Assembly: GCA_963514005.1 (NCBI GenBank)
Contig: OY740792.1
Coordinates: forward strand, 21,018,001-21,082,000
Source: Raja brachyura
Taxonomy: Eukaryota
Length of the DNA: 64,000 nt
Direction of reading: 5' to 3'
The notes under the pieces were generated by a model. It saw only the letters and a list, made by a program, of their open reading frames with translations. It had not been told where the DNA came from and made no database searches. The position numbers and the translations under genes were made by a program. Position 1 is the stretch's first letter. Every line of letters starts with the position of its first letter. Below are positions 27,190-40,220 of this stretch, piece after piece.

Positions 27190-29150
27190 TCATTGGAGTT
27201 ATCAAGTGGGCACCTCCCTTCGCTGGCGTTTCATTGAGTTAGGCCCATGACACCTCGGGAAGGCTCAATAGTTAGTTCTGGCATCCCAGAACAACCCCCC
27301 TCAATACCTGCTCTCACCACCTATGTGACCAGTATCTACTAAATAAAGGAAACTACAGACGATTAATTAATTCAAACAAATGCTACACACATACATCCTA
27401 TCGTACACTTATCCTACCCCATCATTAAATAGTCGTAGCTCCTCAAAAAATCTACCTGATATAAAACCGGGATACACTTACACAGGGTACACTTACAAAG
27501 AAATACACATACCATGCATTATACATTTCCTTTCTGCCCCCAGGACTGTTGGGGGGACTGTTTCTTCTCCACCAAATCCACCTACTGCCTTGCTCTGTAC
27601 TCTTGCTTTCCATCCTCACTGCTCAACTTCTGCTGCCAATCTACATATCAAAGCTTTTTCCTTTCATAAGCCTCATCCACTAACTTCTCCCAAGGCACCG
27701 TCAGTTCTGTAACATGCATCATCCACTGAATAACTGACCATAACACTATATCTGGCCTCAAACTAGTATTAATTATTTCCTGTGGAACAAGCTTTCCTCC
27801 AAAAGCTACTTGCCTCTCCCAATCATTGGCTCCCCTTAGTTGGCCTAACTCATACCAGTCTGAAAACGTCCCTCCTTTACCTTTCACTCCTTCATGGAAA
27901 AAATGAATTGCTGTACTCTCAGTCCCGATTTCTACTGAATTCAACCTGTGCTTCCCCTCTCAATTGCCGCAGCTATACACTTCAAGACCTGGTTTTGCCG
28001 CCAAGTATACCTGACTTGGTATACGCCAAATATACTACATCCTGACAAAATATGCCTCAACGTTGCTACTTCTGAACACAGCATGTCCCCGCCTACCCAT
28101 TTTTTCAGCTTCTGTGGTGATATAAGGAAACTTACAATTGCTACAATTACAATTTCTCTTAAAAATAGTGGAGTCAGGGGATATGGAGAGAAGGCAGGAA
28201 CGGGGTACTGATTTGGTATGATCAGCCATGATCACATTGAATGGCGGTGCTGGCCGGAAGGGTCAAATGGCCTACTCCTGCACCTATTGTCTATTGTCTA
28301 TATGACCCACCCCATGCACCACACGTCCCTCTAACTAAACTTCATCTTTTCTACACTTTACTAATTCATCCACTGTCCGTTAACCTGAGCCACTGCCCTT
28401 ATTCATCTCACTGCTTCCTCCTGATGACGTACCTGCTCCACAACCAATTTCCTCCTCTCTGTTGGGCCTGCCTTACTCCACACTGGTTTCCCTGTGCTAA
28501 GCCCGAGGCCTCCTTTCCCTTGCTACACCCTACCAACAATCTCTGTACGCCTCAGAGCTGCATGTGCTTCTTGTACTGCATGTTTCAAGTTCCACATCAT
28601 CCTCCTAGATACATTTGGCACCAGATTGCTTTCCAAGATTTCTTTGCTCCCAAATAATTGCAACTCTAACTCACATTAGCACACTTTAACTCCTCTGTTA
28701 GGCTAGACAATGGTAAATGGAGAATACCTTTCCAATATAAAGCCACATTACTAAGACACCATGGAAATACTAACCATTTCCTAATATATGAATTAACCAA
28801 TCTCTCAACCCTTTCCACCTTAGAAAGTGGCACCTCATATACTGTTAATGGCCACATCAACAGAGGGAATAGCCCAAACTACAAAGACCACAACTTCAAC
28901 TTGCCTGAAAGCCCTGACTTATCTTATCCTTTCTAACCTGTCAAAAACATATTTTTCCAAGTAGCTGAACCAGTTCAGTTTCATCCAACCTCCTGATATA
29001 CCACCTACCCAAACTATGAACTGGATGCTCCATTATAGATGGGATTTCCTCCTCATCTACATAGAACCTTTTCTCTACTGCCATATTTCTAGCCAAAGAA
29101 ATACTTTGTGATTTACTAGGCTTAATCTTCAATCTAGCTAAATTAAGATG
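27190..29150 (-). mobile_element. Degenerate RLE-type non-LTR retrotransposon (Hero/R2 group)
   Basis: ORF 27648..27944 has the restriction-like endonuclease motif LRPDIVLWS...ELTVPWE...AYERKKL. ORF 28666 reads WPLTVYEVPLSKVERVERLVNSYIRKWL and ORF 28941 reads KIKPSKSQSISL. Confidence 0.85.
28156..28301 (+). mobile_element. Short CR1 3' end nested in the Hero-like element
   Basis: LKNSGVRGYGEKAGTGY* followed by 3' UTR and a (CTATTGT)n tail. Confidence 0.9.
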
Positions 29151-29297
29151 TTATTAATGTACCCACTTCTGAGAGCAGCTGTGTGTTTTTTTTTACAGTC
29201 TAATTATCTTCAGTACTTCCCTTACCCCAGCATTTCTTTACCCTGAATCATGTATTTCATAATCCCCACTGCTAGTAGTAATGTAACTGACCATTAC

Positions 29298-29378
29298 CTG
29301 TACGGTCCACTTTGGCATTAGTTTTATGCACTGGCTTGGAGGTGATGATTGACGAACTATCCTTTGGAGGATCAGATA
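29298..29378 (-). CDS. Repeat exon, 81 nt, phase 1-1: VSDPPKDSSSIITSKPVHKTNAKVDRT
   Basis: Acceptor ttttattttttatctcttgcag|, donor cag|gtaatg, open frame. Confidence 0.8.
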
Positions 29379-30310
29379 CTGCAAGAGATAAAAAATAAAA
29401 AGAAACAAAATCCGGCAATTAGAAATGCACTTCATGAGACCATATCATTTTATCATGGTTCCAGATACACCTGGTTCAAGTTAAGAGCAAGTTCCAATAA
29501 GGAAATCCTTTGGTTGTTTACGTGCAACAGCAAAGCATGAAGAAACTGTAATGTATTTAATTACCAAGGAAGTTTATACATCATTTCTGATTATATACAA
29601 AGCAAGGTACAAAGTATTGAATTAGTAACGCATTCATATCAATACTGATGTGAACATAATTTAGATATTCGCTTGACAAAACTATTGTTGCACTAAACAT
29701 GCAAACCACTGTCGATACGTTCAGACTGGCAAAGTGCATACAAATGCAATCAATTATAACATAACTAACTATTTGATATAATGTAAAAGCAAATAGTGAA
29801 TTTCAAGCAAAGCAGACAGATAAATGGCGAAAGCACATCTTACACAAATACAAAGTACTGTGCTTCATGTAACAATAAATGGGGCCTAATAGTACAGTAT
29901 TTATATCTGTGTCAGAGGTTAGTATCATTTCAGCTAATATCTAATATTTTTAGAAGATCGATTTGAGTGCCATATAAAAATGAGTCCGATTATAAGCTAA
30001 ACGTTAAATTTAATGCATTTTCTCGGTATAAAATAAAATACAATGCAAAAAAAGTCATCCAAACCCTTAATTATCCTCAGAACATCTACTACTCCATCCG
30101 ACATTCTGCAATTGTAATTTCTATCTCAACAACGGCGGTTTTCACCAGAAATTCAGGAAGTAAAGGATAAATGCATAGTAAGTGACATACAAAATATGAA
30201 AACACTAAAGCAAAGACTGTTGAGCAACAATGGATGATTAAGAGGTGATTATGAATTTTTGACATAATGTTAAACAGCAATGTTCCAATCCATGCTTTTT
30301 TTGAAAATAC

Positions 30311-30400
30311 CTGAGTGATCTGTTTTCCCAGTGCCACGCACTTGAGATACTGGGGTTGGTCTGAACACATTGGGAGTGTCAGAAGAGGAAAACTTATAGT
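30311..30400 (-). CDS. Repeat exon, 90 nt, phase 1-1: DYKFSSSDTPNVFRPTPVSQVRGTGKTDHS
   Basis: Acceptor tcttttgtcctcgacag|, donor cag|gtattt. Carries the SDTPNVF.P.P repeat motif. Confidence 0.85.
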
Positions 30401-31464
30401 CTGTCGAGGACAAAAGATACTAAATGCAAGCTTCTTCCATCTCTCACCAAATGGCACCAGTACAGTATATCTGAGTTATAGGTTGGTATCATAAAAAAAA
30501 TACCAAATACAGGCTTCATTCATTTTTCATGTGCTGATTATGCTAATGCATCTCAATGGTAGAACTTATTTATATCTAATAATAACAATCATAACTGTTG
30601 GCAAGACTGAGATCTGAATTGTTAGTTCAGTACCATTCAACGCCTTCCATTCCAAAATTATTGAAATATGAAAAGATATATTCAGCCAAAAACATTTAAA
30701 TACTACGAAAGCCTCAATATAGGCCAGATCCATTCCACGACAAGAAGAACACAAAGTTCTGGGAACTTATTAAACAAATAGAATAATGCAGGCAAATGTT
30801 AAAATCTGCAAGATGCATTGGCAGTTTCTAGGTAACTTGCTTCATGCAAAAGCATCAAATGGATTCCAAGCAAGAGATGGTGGCATTACAACGTTACTCA
30901 CGACGCATGAATGCAACATATAGAATAATACGTGAAGACAACGTGCCATAGAATTTATGAAATAAGTCGCATTCATTGACATCACAATTTTTAGCAACAT
31001 GCTTCGTATGCACAATATTGATCAGGCAATCTATTTTACATGCCCCTAAAATTCATGTGATATAGTACGTAAAGCCCTTTAAAGGTATGAAACACAATGC
31101 AAACTGATCACATCATATATTAAAAACAACAGCAATTAATGAAATCCATGCAAGACATGGTGCACTGATTGGCAACTACATTTTGAATCTGTATCGATTT
31201 CTACGGTAGATGTGATACGCTGTAATGAGTTACACAGAACATGCAAACCATTGTGCATGATACAATTCAGCACTGTTTACAAGATAACAGCTGCAGAGCT
31301 TGCAATCACAAGCTATAGTAGTTCTTAATGTATAAATGTAAATTCAATAAATCTAATACTGTAGATTTTTAAAACCACTTAATTTAACGAAGTAGTGGAT
31401 AGAGTTTCTTACAACATTTTACTACACCATCAAGAACCCATACCAGGGACATTACTGCAATTAC

Positions 31465-31557
31465 CTGCCAAATCCTTGTTCTCTATGTTATCAAGTGCAG
31501 ATTCTTGTTCTTGATTGAATATATTTGGTGGAGTGCCAGAAATTAGCTGTGTATAAT
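31465..31557 (-). CDS. Repeat exon, 93 nt, phase 1-1: DYTQLISGTPPNIFNQEQESALDNIENKDLA
   Basis: Acceptor tttttttaatcccttatag|, donor cag|gtaatt, open frame, repeat motif present. Confidence 0.85.
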
Positions 31558-31629
31558 CTATAAGGGATTAAAAAAAACAAAATGCACACCTGTGTCTTTC
31601 ACTCAAGTAATACTAACAATAACTACCTG

Positions 31630-31829
31630 GACATTCGTGAATTTCCTTCAGTGTTTCGGTTTCATCCTACATCCCAAAGATGCAAGGGTTTGTAGGTTAA
31701 TTGGCCTCTGCAAAATAGCCCCTAATGTGAATGGAATGGATTTGAAAGTGGAATAATTTAGGACTAGTGTAAACGGGTGATCAGTGGGCTGGAGGGCCTG
31801 TTTCCTTGCTCTATCAATTAAACTAAACA
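31630..31829 (+). mobile_element. HE1-type V-SINE 3' fragment
   Basis: cggtttcatcctacatcccaaaga...tttgtaggttaattggc...aaactaaac is homologous to the SINE at 6645-6948. Confidence 0.8.
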
Positions 31830-32364
31830 TGGTACTGGGGAAGTGGTATACCAGTATATGAGAAGAGATTGTGTTTGCTAGACAATACTCATTGGAATAA
31901 AAATTAAGTGAACACTAAAGTTGAGAACTCAAAGTCATGAAGAATTTTGATAAACAGAAGGAAGAGTTTCAACCTCAGCCAAAAGAAACAAATTTAGGAT
32001 TTTAATCAGGATAACATTGATAACTTTATTGCTATTGTTTAAAATAGTGCTATGGGATCTTTTATAGCAACCTAGAAGGTAGACAGGGCTTCCATTTAAC
32101 ATTTCATATGACCGACTGCATCTCCTGTATATTGGTTTTCAGTTGTAGAGCGTGGTTGTCATCAGAGCTCGGCATTCGTGCACATGGAAGAAGTTTGGAA
32201 CAATGGAAGATACAGAACAATAAAGTGGTACACCATAGACCGAGAGTCATGCTTGGATCATTGATGGCGATTTGGAATGGGATTGGAGAGGGAGGAAAAT
32301 ACAGCCATTGGTGCCACTGTGGCTCGACAGCAAAAGGTAGGGAAACGAATAAATAGTAAGGAAC

Positions 32365-32457
32365 GATACGAAAAGGGTTCTTCTTCTTCTTCTTTCGTGT
32401 GGCGTGCACAGCCTAAAGTTGTTGGACAACTTGTTCTATTTGATACGAAAAGGGTTC
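32365..32457 (-). mobile_element. 61-bp retroposon 3' stub with 16-bp TSD
   Basis: gatacgaaaagggttc at 32365-32380 and 32442-32457 flanks an insert that ends in (GAA)n on the minus strand. Confidence 0.85.
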
Positions 32458-33650
32458 GTTGGCACTGAATGAATTGTGGGGGGAGAACATTCAAGGTTGC
32501 GGGCGGATGGAGAACAAGCGTCCAGTCCAGGACAATAGTGCAACGACCATGTTGCCCTAGCGCTTCCCAACAATGGCTGTTTCCCAGCATCAGGTCCCAG
32601 TTTTTCTCCAGTCCACTAAAAAGAGTATTGCACGGGAAATTGCATCCTTCAGCACACTCAATGTAGAGTTCAAGTTAGGGACATAAAGAAAACTCATGCT
32701 CAGAAATGCCTGTTCAAAATTTCAGAAATAAATGAGGCGATGTTGAAAAATGCCATTACAATATTTTTTTCAATCAATTTTGCATTGTACAGCAATAAGA
32801 AAAGTGAGTTGTTTAACTGAATTTCCAAACATACAATTTTATAATTGAGACAGGTAAAGTAGCCTTTTAAGCGGCTGTCGTAAATTAATTTATGCCTCCA
32901 AGGAAAAAATATATAGCTAACCTTGGAAAATTACTTAGTTAATAGCAGGGCAGTAGGAAGGCCCAAATTCCACCTGTTACACTTCTGACACTTTTACCTC
33001 CAGAGAGGAAAAGCTTAGAGATGTCTTAATTGATTATGCATTTCTTCAAAATTAAGCTTCACAAACACCAATCGGATCATGTAATGTTTTACTGAGGTAT
33101 AAGCAAGAAAAGGTGCAAATTCCAAGATAATATACCTTTGTTATACATAAGCAATATGCAATTGTCTCAAATTCAATACTCATGCTATATGACCGAGCAC
33201 AGCTTATGCAAACATTGAAATTTGAAGTTTATTACAAATTAATTAAATTCCACAATGATATATGAAAATGGCTCCATGCAGGGCAAAAATCGCACCTCAG
33301 CTTTACGTTTATCAAAATTTATGAAACTGGAGGAACCTATCCATGTATCCAAGACAAAATACTTTCACTCTGTCATTGAATGAAACAAATAATATTTTTG
33401 AAACATCATCTACTGCAAACAATCTCTCGTCTAGCTAAATTGGTTTGTTCTAAATATTTTAAACCAAAATAAAATCTGTGTGTGTCTTGCATATAATAGA
33501 AGTGAATTATTCTGCTTTAGCAACGACCTCAACCTCAAGCATGAAAACAAGCATATGTTACTTTTCTTTATGCAAGATGTGGCAAATGAAATGAGTGTAT
33601 TTTTCAGAACAAGACATGTGAGTTGTGACATATTACAGGCAACCAATTAC

Positions 33651-33734
33651 CTGTGATCTCCTTGTCTTCTTTTTTACCAAGCTCAGGAGTTGAACTGAAC
33701 GTGTGAGAAGTTTCAGAATTTGTTGGTATAGGGG
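33651..33734 (-). CDS. Repeat exon, 84 nt, phase 1-1: APIPTNSETSHTFSSTPELGKKEDKEIT
   Basis: Acceptor ttctctttgtttcttctag|, donor cag|gtaatt. Homologous to exon 43392 (TSH.F..TP...EDK..T). Confidence 0.85.
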
Positions 33735-34301
33735 CTAGAAGAAACAAAGAGAATCCTTTGTATCTTTGCTATTTTGTTAACTTACCTTCTCTGTAATGTG
33801 ATGTTACCCTTTTGTGAAATAAATAAATTAATGGCTCCAAACTTATCTGCGACAAATTTATTCACACAATAATCTATTGGCAATTGCATGCTTTATAATC
33901 TTGCAATCCACAAATAATTGACTAAATGGTCTGAAATCTGATGATTTCCTATATCTTTACGACATAAGAGACCACTCAGCCCATTGAGTCCACGCCAGTT
34001 CCAGAATAATCTCATCAGTGACTTCCCACACATTTTCCAGTAAGGTCCTTCCCACCTTATGAATGCCAGACATATGTACAGCTGCCACGTATGAACAAGC
34101 ATTTGGGAGAATAGTGGTATGGATTTGATAGCTGCTGCAAAGTTGCAGGTATCTTCCAGGTGAGAGAACTCAATGTTTGTGGCCCTTTTTCCGACTTGTG
34201 AACGGTTTGGGTTTCGACTGTTCTCAGGAATGGAACCCTGGAGATGACCTGCATACTCTTTCACATACCCATGAACTCTCTTTATTCTCCTGCCACCCAA
34301 C

Positions 34302-34772
34302 TAGAAACATAGAAACATAGAAAAATAGGTGCAGGAGTAGGCCATTCGGCCCGTCGAGCCTGCACCGCCATTCAATGTGATCATGGCTGATCATCCAACT
34401 CAATATCCCGTACCTGCCTTCTCTCCATACCCCCTGATCCCTTTAGTCATAAGTGCCACATCTAACGCCCTCTTAAATATAGCCAATGAACTGGCCTCAA
34501 CTACCTTCTGTGGCAGAGAATTCCAGAGACTCACCACTCTCCGTGTAAAGAATGTTTTCCTCATCTCGGTCCTAAAGGAATTCCCCCTTATCCTTAGACT
34601 GTGACCCCTTGTTCTGGACTCCCCCAACATCGGGAATAATCTTCCAGCATCTAGCTTGTCCAACCCCTTAAGAATTTTGTAAGTTTCTATAAGATCCCCC
34701 CTCAATCTTCTAAATTCCAGTGAGTACAAGCCGAGTCTATCCAATCTTTCCTCATATGAAAGTCCTGACATC
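34302..34772 (-). mobile_element. CR1/HER1-type LINE 3' end
   Basis: ORF 34400..34771 with a (TTTCTATG)n tail. Near-identical to 427..899. Confidence 0.95.
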
Positions 34773-35479
34773 TACATTGGGGGTAGTTAACAGTGGTCAA
34801 TTAAATACCAACCAGCATGTCCTTAGAATTAGGATGTGGGAACTTTGCTGGCATCCCTGACCTAAAAGTAGCTGAAAAGGACATACACCAACTAGAAAAC
34901 AAATTGTTCTCGGACATTGGGTGAATCCCAGCAGAGGTTCTAAATTCAGCAGAAAGAGATCTCTGTAACTCATTCACAAGTTCATCTCCCATATCTAGCG
35001 AGAGATCTCAGAGAACCGCAAATGTGCCAATCTTCAATTAAACAGACACAACTTATTTCAGCAAACACACAGGAGTTTCTCTAATGTCTGCCACAGGGAA
35101 AGTCTTCACCAGGGCCTTCCCCAACTGCCTTGCCCCTATGACAATAGAGCAACAATCCAAAATCACAAAGTGAATTCCTTTTGCCTAAATACACAACAGA
35201 CATAACCTTCACCTCCTGTCAACTTCAAAGCAAATGAAGGGAAACGCATCAATAACTATATGTGTAAATACAAGGAACTGCAGATGCTGGAATCTTGCAT
35301 AGAACACAAAGTGCTGGAGTGACTCAGGCAGCATCACTGGTGTACATGGATAGGTGACGTTTCAGGTAAGCACCCTGCTTTTATAACCTCTCAAAATTAT
35401 TCTGACTGTCAATTGGGACGCACTGAATATCATTTTATTCAAATTTAGCTTAACAAGAAATTAATCTCCATCTTATTCT

Positions 35480-36190
35480 TCTTGTTCTTCTTCATGATGG
35501 CATGTAAGCCATGATCCTGATCAGCAGGTCACAACATACATAATCCCTGTAAAATGACATTGAGAAAGATTGTATAATTGGCCCAATATTTTTGCTCAAT
35601 CTTCCTCACTGCAGTGCTGCCCTTCACTTCCAACAAGCTCTTGCTGTCATTGTTCTAATTTATAAGCCAAATGAAACACTTCAAATATTGCCTCTGCTTT
35701 AGAAACAACATTGCCCCAGCTGGACTTCTCAATCGATGCTTGCAAATACATATATTCAAGGTCCAAATCATTGTTGCCTTGTCCTCTGTAGCATATTGTT
35801 AATATCTGCAAAGCAAAAGTTCTCCACCAATCTTCCCCATGGTGTAACATAGCCCTCTGAAGGATACAATAGTCTATGTCAAGGCCCTGAAAAGGACAGA
35901 CCACTTACTGTACCTGAGAACCATTCTCAATGAAGGTAGACATCAATTATGCCTTAAATTCACCAGGACAACCTTAGGCCACCCGAATAAAAGTATGTTT
36001 GAAGATAACAAAGTCAAAACTAGCACAAAGTGCATTACCAGCAGACAACAGGTGTAAGAGCAAACTACGGTATCTCCTATCAACTATCTATGGCAGAGTC
36101 AACAGCTCCCACACTGGCCTCTGTTGCCACCCCAGACCTACAGAAATCTACGGGACATCCTCAATCCTGAAGAACTGTCTAAGAGGAAAG
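35480..36190. mobile_element. Degenerate RTE-like LINE fragments
   Basis: Remnants resembling the RTE ORF C-terminus (35900-36190) and an oppositely oriented piece with an (AAG)n-like tail near 35475. Highly decayed. Confidence 0.4.
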
Positions 36191-36439
36191 AGAACAATTA
36201 TTAGTCAAACCATCATTCAGTTCTGTATCATATATATTCTTGTGTTCATATTTTTGATATCAAGTCAATTTGTAGAATTGGCACTACATCACAGTTTAAC
36301 GCAAATACCTTTGAATTCCTGGTCTTCTGTGTTACCACGTTCAGATATAGGGGATTGATCAAATACATGAGTAGTGCCAGAGTTTGTCAGGTTACGGTCT
36401 GCAAGGGACAACATAGAAACCAAATACAAACGTCACATT

Positions 36440-37410
36440 TTTCATGAGAATTTGCCCTTTCTGGACATTTGCTATACACCTAGATGAGTACAGAATCAAA
36501 ATCTCCAGAATCAAGAGCTACAGATGTTATTCTATATGATCTGAAAATAAGTGGAAAGGCATCTTATGATGAGGACATTATGATTCCACAATGGGTTATA
36601 GAAGATAGATTGGGCAAAAGTGGAGTTTAACATAGGTCAGTGTGAAGACATGCACTTCAGTAAGAGGTTTTAAAGCATCGATTATTATCTAAATGGCGAG
36701 GGATACGGGAAACTGGTGGTTCAGAGGATTTTAGGCGTTCTTGTGTATCAATCACAAAAAGATAAAAGGCATGTTCCATGACTAGTTAAGAACATCATAG
36801 GCATTTTGAATCTTGTGCTAGGGAGTTGAACTTTGAGAATAGGAAGGTTTTGTAAAGGTTGTGTTGATGGAGCCACACCTGGAATACTATGCAGCATTTT
36901 TGTTCCCTTACTGAAAAAGGATTTAGTGGCATTAGAAGCAGTTGAATAGAGATTCACCGGGCTAATCCTGAAATGTAAGAGTTGTCCTATCATGAGCTAG
37001 ATAGTTTGGTCTGTATTCCACAGATGGTTGAGGGTGACATTACTCAAAACATGTAAGATACTAAAAGGGCTTTAACAGGGTAGATGCTGAAATATTGTTT
37101 CTAGTGGGAGAGTGATGAACAAGGGGACATGGTTACAAATGAAGGAGCTGGTCACCTTAGTCCAAGGTGCACAGAAATTTATTTTCCCGGAGGGTAAATA
37201 ATCTCTCAATTCTAAATCCAGAGGTTGGTAGATCATTTGATGTATTTAAAGTGGAAATTGATGAATATTTGAAAGATTGAGTACTTCAAGGTTATAGGGA
37301 ATTTACAGAAGAGGACTTGAGGCTACCATAGGTGAGTCATCATCATAATGAGTGGCCAGGCAGGCTTTAGAGCCTGGAGGCCCACATATGCTCCTATTTT
37401 CTTGTGTTCT
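36440..37410 (+). mobile_element. Old CR1 LINE
   Basis: Decayed gattattatctaaatggcgag, ccacacctggaatactatgcagcatttt and gagattcaccgggctaatcc motifs, with a 3' end ctcctattttcttgtgttcttgt. Confidence 0.8.
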
Positions 37411-39169
37411 TGTACTGGCCAGCCAATATAATTTAGACATGCAAAGTTTTTATAAGCAATGAGATGCATGATATCTTGCCCAGTGTTTCATGCAAAACAT
37501 AATATCATGCTAGCTGAGTGTACATTACACCAACATGCAGCAGGACAAACAAGTGCAGAGCAACATTTCTGAATCACAAACAAATGACTAAGACAAATGT
37601 TCCTTTAGTTGAGAGTTTAAATTGATCACTTAAACAACTTCTGATGAAGTGTCATTGACCTAGAATGTTAACTCTATTCCTCTCTCCACATGACTACCAA
37701 ATAATCTTCAAAATACATTTTTATTTTAGATTTCCATTTTTATTTAATGTATTTGTTTGTTTGATTGTGTATTATCTCTGGCGACAACATATTTATTACA
37801 TTTATTCATAAAACAAACAAAAGGTTTTGTATTTAAAAAAATGCCGAAATAACTCAGCGGGTCAGGCAGCATCTCTGGAGAACATGGAAATGTGGCATTT
37901 CAGATCAGGACCCTTCTTCAGATTTTGTATCATCTATTACATTTAAGTGAAACCCTGCTACTCATTAAATTGCTTTAACTGGACAGGCAATACTAAAGAT
38001 ATATTACAATAATTTGTGTATGGAACAAAAGGAGGCTAATTTAATTATGGCCCACTCTTGCACATGGCTACAATGTACGCAATACCCAAGAATTATATTA
38101 AAGCATTCGTAATGCCTCAATGAGCAGCTGGGAATAATCCAATGCCAGTTGGCTGGGTCAATCAGTTCTTGGGAAGGAGAAAGAAAGTGGGATTGAGCAC
38201 GACAGCGGTAACCCATCGTAAAGTTGCAGAGTTTGGAAGAATAATCTTTTCCCAATCACGTGACTATAACCAATATTGACATTAGCACAGGCAACATTCC
38301 CTAATTTTCTGACAAGGAAACCACTAATGCAGTCAGATTATCCAGAATGGGTGCCATGTGTCAGACAGGTTGAGGTGAGAAAGTTATTATTTAAAGTTGC
38401 AAAATTATTCAGTCAAAATATGATATAAACTTTTGTATTTCTTCAGCTGTAGGATATGCTGAGCAGCTGCTATCCATAACCTGAAAACATGGAAAGAAGG
38501 ACCAATGACAGGTTGTGCAGATGTTTGCTTCCTGGAAAAGACAATAATATTACTCACCTCTTGGTAAGTCCTTCAGAGGTCCACCATTCACTATCAATGT
38601 ACTTTGGTAATGACCAAAATATCTACCTATGCTAATCCCACTTTCATTTAGCCTGTACCCTTGTATGGCACGGTGCTTTAAAAAATTATTCTAAATATCT
38701 GTTAAATGTTGTGAGATTGCCCGCTTCCACCACCTCATTGCATTCTCAATCACATGTCACAGTTTTGGCAAACTTACCCATCTGTCAATAATGAGGAGAC
38801 CTTGTTACAGTAATGGAATTACTGAAACCCCAATGAAATATACAATAATGCACTTAAGTTTTGAAGACATGAATAGATTGCCATCATGGCCCCTGTTGTG
38901 AGAGGATGAGCTCGAGATGATTCTGGAACATATATCCAGATGAAAGCCTCTTTCGTGCAGCCACGGAATCCTTTGCATTAACCATTCTATGATACGAGGT
39001 CTTGTATCCATTCACCCGTATCTGCAACACTTTTCAACAGCTGAATCCCAAAGATCCGATACTTACTTTCATTTGATGTGGATGAAGATGATCTCACTGA
39101 CTAGGCAACTACTTTCTGCTTTCCATATGTATTATTATAGTGTACCGATGCGATATTACTATACACATG

Positions 39170-40220
39170 ATCAAAGAGAAGGTATTGGCAGTTTTAAAAC
39201 AAATGGAGATGGATAAATCTCCAGGGTCTGACTAAGTATATCCTTCGACCTTGTGGGAAGCTAGTGAGGAAATTGCAAAGATATTTGTATCATCACTACC
39301 ACAGGTAAAATTCTGCTAGACTGAAGAGTAAATAATGTTCTACCACTATTTAAGAAGGGCAGCAAAGACAAGCCAGGGAACTACAGGCCACTGAACCTGT
39401 TAGTGGAGGCATGTTGTTGGAAGGGATTCTTAGGGACAGGGTCTACCAGCATTCGGATAGGACGGGAATGATTAGGGATAGTTAGCATGGCTTTGTGTAT
39501 AAGAAATCATATCTCACAAATCTGATAGAGATTTTTTGAAGAAGTCATCAACAAGTTTGATGAGGGCAGGGCAGTGGACCTTGTCTATATGGAGTTTAGC
39601 AAGGTCTTTGATAAGCTTCCACATGGTAGGCTGACTGGAAGATTGTTTTGAATGGAATTCAAGGTGAGCTGACCAATTGGATTCAAAACTGGCTTGGAGG
39701 AAGGAGTCAAAGGCTAGTCGCAGAGGGTTGTTTATCTGTTTATCTGATTGGAGGCCTGTGATCATTAATGTGCCGCAGGTGTGGGTTCTAGGTCTCTGGT
39801 TGTTTGGATTAAAGATTTGGATGACAATGTCATTAATATTGTTAGTAAATTTGCAGATGACCACAAAATTAGTGATACAATAGAGAGTAAGGATGGATAT
39901 CTAAGTTTGCAACAAGATCTAGATCTGTTGGTTAGGTGGACCACGGAATGACAAATGGAATTTAACTGACAAAAGTATGGGGTGTTGCCCTTTGGTAAGT
40001 TAAACCATGGCAGGACTTATATGGTAAATGGGAGAGCCCTTGCAGAACAGAGGGATTTGGGGGTATAGGTGCATGATTCCATAAAATTCACAAGTCAGGC
40101 GGTCTGTGTGGTGAAGAAGTCATTTGGCATGCTTGCCTCCATTGGGAAGGGAATTGAGTAGCAAAGTTGGGACATCAAAGACCACACTTGTAGTAGTGGG
40201 TGCAGTTCTAGTCACATAAC
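39170..40220 (+). mobile_element. Old CR1 LINE (RT region)
   Basis: gataaatctccaggg (DKSPG), gggaactacaggcca (GNYRP) and aaatttgcagatgac (KFADD), with many stops. Confidence 0.85.
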
